From: Cyanophora paradoxa CCMP329
Taxonomy: Eukaryota; Plantae; Glaucophyta
Direction: 5' to 3'
Length of the DNA stretch: 64,000 nucleotides
NCBI GenBank assembly: GCA_004431415.1
Contig: QPMI01000499.1
Span: forward strand, 62,001-126,000
In this document: positions 62,118-64,000 of the stretch, one piece after another
How the letters are laid out: every line of letters starts with the position of its first letter
Numbering within the stretch: the stretch's first letter is position 1
Notes under the pieces: generated by a model
The model's database searches: none
What the model was told of the DNA's origin: nothing
The model's input: the letters and a program-made list of their open reading frames with translations, nothing else
Position numbers and translations under genes: made by a program

Positions 62118-64000
62118 ATGCCGCGCCTCAAGCGCCGCGCGCCGTCGAGCGAATCGAGCTCGGAAAGCTCGAGCTCGAGCGAGGAAGAGGAGGCTAGCTC
62201 GAGCGCTGGCGAGGAGGAGGCGAGCTCGAGCGGAGGCGACGTGCCGGCCGCAAGGGCGAGCGCCTTCCACGTACGCGCTCCGGGCTGCGCTGATGGTACC
62301 GCGCAGCGTCCCGGCGGCACCTCGAATCGTACTCGATCCCGCACGCTGCGCTCCGCGCCAGCGCCGCCCGATCTGCAGCTGCCGCCCGCTCCCCAGCGCA
62401 GGCGCAGGTTGCGCGTGCGCGAAGATGATGAAGAGGAGGAGGAACAGGTGAGCGGCGTTGCCCCGCCACGGCGCGTAAAAACGACTCGCCAACGGGCTCG
62501 CAGCCGGCGTCCGCGGCCGATGCGGAACGTGAACTCTCGAGCGCGGCCGCGGGCGCCGGCGAGTCTGCAGAGGAGCCGGAAGAGTCTCAAGAGTCCGAGG
62601 GGCCGGCTTCGGGAGAGCGCGGGTCCCAGCATCCGTCGCAGGCGTCGGATGCTGGCGCCAGCGACGGGGCACCGCCGCCGCCGCCGCGGATCATGATCGC
62701 TAGCGTGCGGATCTGCGGCTTTAAGAGCTACCGCTGGCCCGCGGACGTTGGGCCCTTCCACCCGGGTCTCAACTGGCGCGGCCCCCCTCGCGCCCACGCC
62801 TGCGCCAGCTGCAGGCCGGCTCACGTGCACACACCCTGCTCGCACACACAGCATCATCGGACCTAATGGATCTGGGAAAAGCTCGATAGTCGAAGGCGCG
62901 CCGTCCCCCTAGCATCTGGCTAGCATTTCTAACGCCGCAGCCCGGCCGCGGCGGCCGGGCCTCTTTTAGCTCTCCTCTTCGTCCTCGGGCAGCGCGCGTC
63001 CGAGCTCCGCGGCCGCCGTGCGCGTACCCCGCGCCGCTCTCCATTTCCCTCCCTTTTTAACGTCCCCCGCAGGCCTCGAGAGCCTCGTGAACGACCGGAT
63101 CGCCGCCGCGGCCGCCGAGGGCGACGACACGGGCCTCTCGGAGCCCGCTGCCGTCTCCGTCCGCTTCGTCCGCGTCTCGTGCGTGCCTAGTACCCCCCGC
63201 GAGCCGCTTTCGAGCGTACATGTACCACCATTAAGGATCCGCCCCCAGGGGCGAGCACGTGTTCACGCTCACGCGGCGGCTGACGGGGGATTACCTGGTG
63301 GCCCGCGGGGGCGAGGCGCCGCGGAAGACGAGCAAGCGGGAGGCGGCGGAGGCGCTGGCCGAGCACGGGCTGGACTCCCCGGACCGCTTCGTCATCATGC
63401 AGGCGCGGCTGCTGACTAATTATAATTAAATTAGATCCTTTTCAATCAACTGAGTCTAAGGAGACTCGAGCTCGCAGGCGCGGACGAGCGCCGTGGCGCA
63501 GCGTGGCCCTCTCCAGCTCCTGGCTTACCTAGAGACGGTACCCCCCACCGCTTTGGGGGTACCCCGCCCCGCCGCCGGTTTACAGGGGGGCAGATCATTG
63601 GCACCAGCAGCCTCCGGGAGCAAGCGGCAGAGAAGGTGCGCGCGAACAGAGCGGCCGGTGTCGATCTGGGTGCGAGGGGGGTACGCAGCGCAAGGAGGCG
63701 GAGGCGGGGCAGGAGGTGCAGCGGGCGGCGGAGGCGGAGCTCGAGGGCGTCGCTGAGCGGCGGGCGGCGCTGGCACCCGCGCTCGCGGCGTGGCGACGGG
63801 CCGAGGAGGCCGCCGCCGCCGCGCGCCTCGAGAAGGAATTCGCGGCGCGGGCCGCCCTGGCCCTGGAGCGGTCGCGCGCCGCCCTCGCCGAAGCCTCCGC
63901 CCGCCGGCACGCCGCCCGCGCCGCCGGGCTCCGCCGCGCCGCCGCCGCCGCCGAGGCCGCGCTTGCTCCGTCTCCCGCGAGGCGCGCCGCGCCCACGTTG
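62118..64000 (+). CDS. SMC-family ATPase, SMC4-like, 5' part (runs off window)
   Basis: Acidic low-complexity N-terminus, then GFKSY..VGPFHPGLN|..IIGPNGSGKSS (Walker A), LFVLGQRASELR, DRFVIMQ (Q-loop), LLAYLET|IIGT and the start of a coiled coil. Confidence 0.85.

Noticed and set aside
1-64000. Autonomous transposon, Fanzor/TnpB, viral genes, tRNA or rRNA
   Set aside because: No RT, integrase, transposase, RuvC, capsid or structural-RNA motifs recognised by eye; a profile search could still find degenerate remnants.

Overview
GC-rich, gene-dense eukaryotic nuclear DNA with many short (~50-70 nt) spliceosomal introns, so the supplied ORF track is largely uninformative; all gene models below were spliced by eye. 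Intron style and Phe-containing N-terminal extensions on two bacterial-type proteins suggest an alga, possibly a glaucophyte such as Cyanophora (inference only). In order: non-coding structured/repeat region (1-3000); MARCH6/Doa10-like RING-CH E3 ligase with a duplicated last exon; secreted protein made of two symmetric-exon modules; pseudokinase+NEK-like kinase; F-box/Sel1 protein; large protein with four Raw-type nucleoside-deoxyribosyltransferase-like (NDT-like) domains, head-to-head with an F-box protein that carries an NPHP3/NWD1-like helical+TPR module; CTDSP/SCP phosphatase; giant secreted IPT/TIG protein (34 repeats counted); secreted Fn3 + laminin-IV protein; stand-alone Raw-type NDT-like protein; atypical SDR; TXNL4B/Dim2; RppH-like Nudix; TRPV-like channel; DedA; prefoldin 3; 5' part of an SMC4-like gene. 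Best candidates for new biology: the Raw/NDT-like enzymes and their F-box-sensor neighbour, and a five-unit covarying hairpin array ending in a hammerhead-like motif at 254-907.
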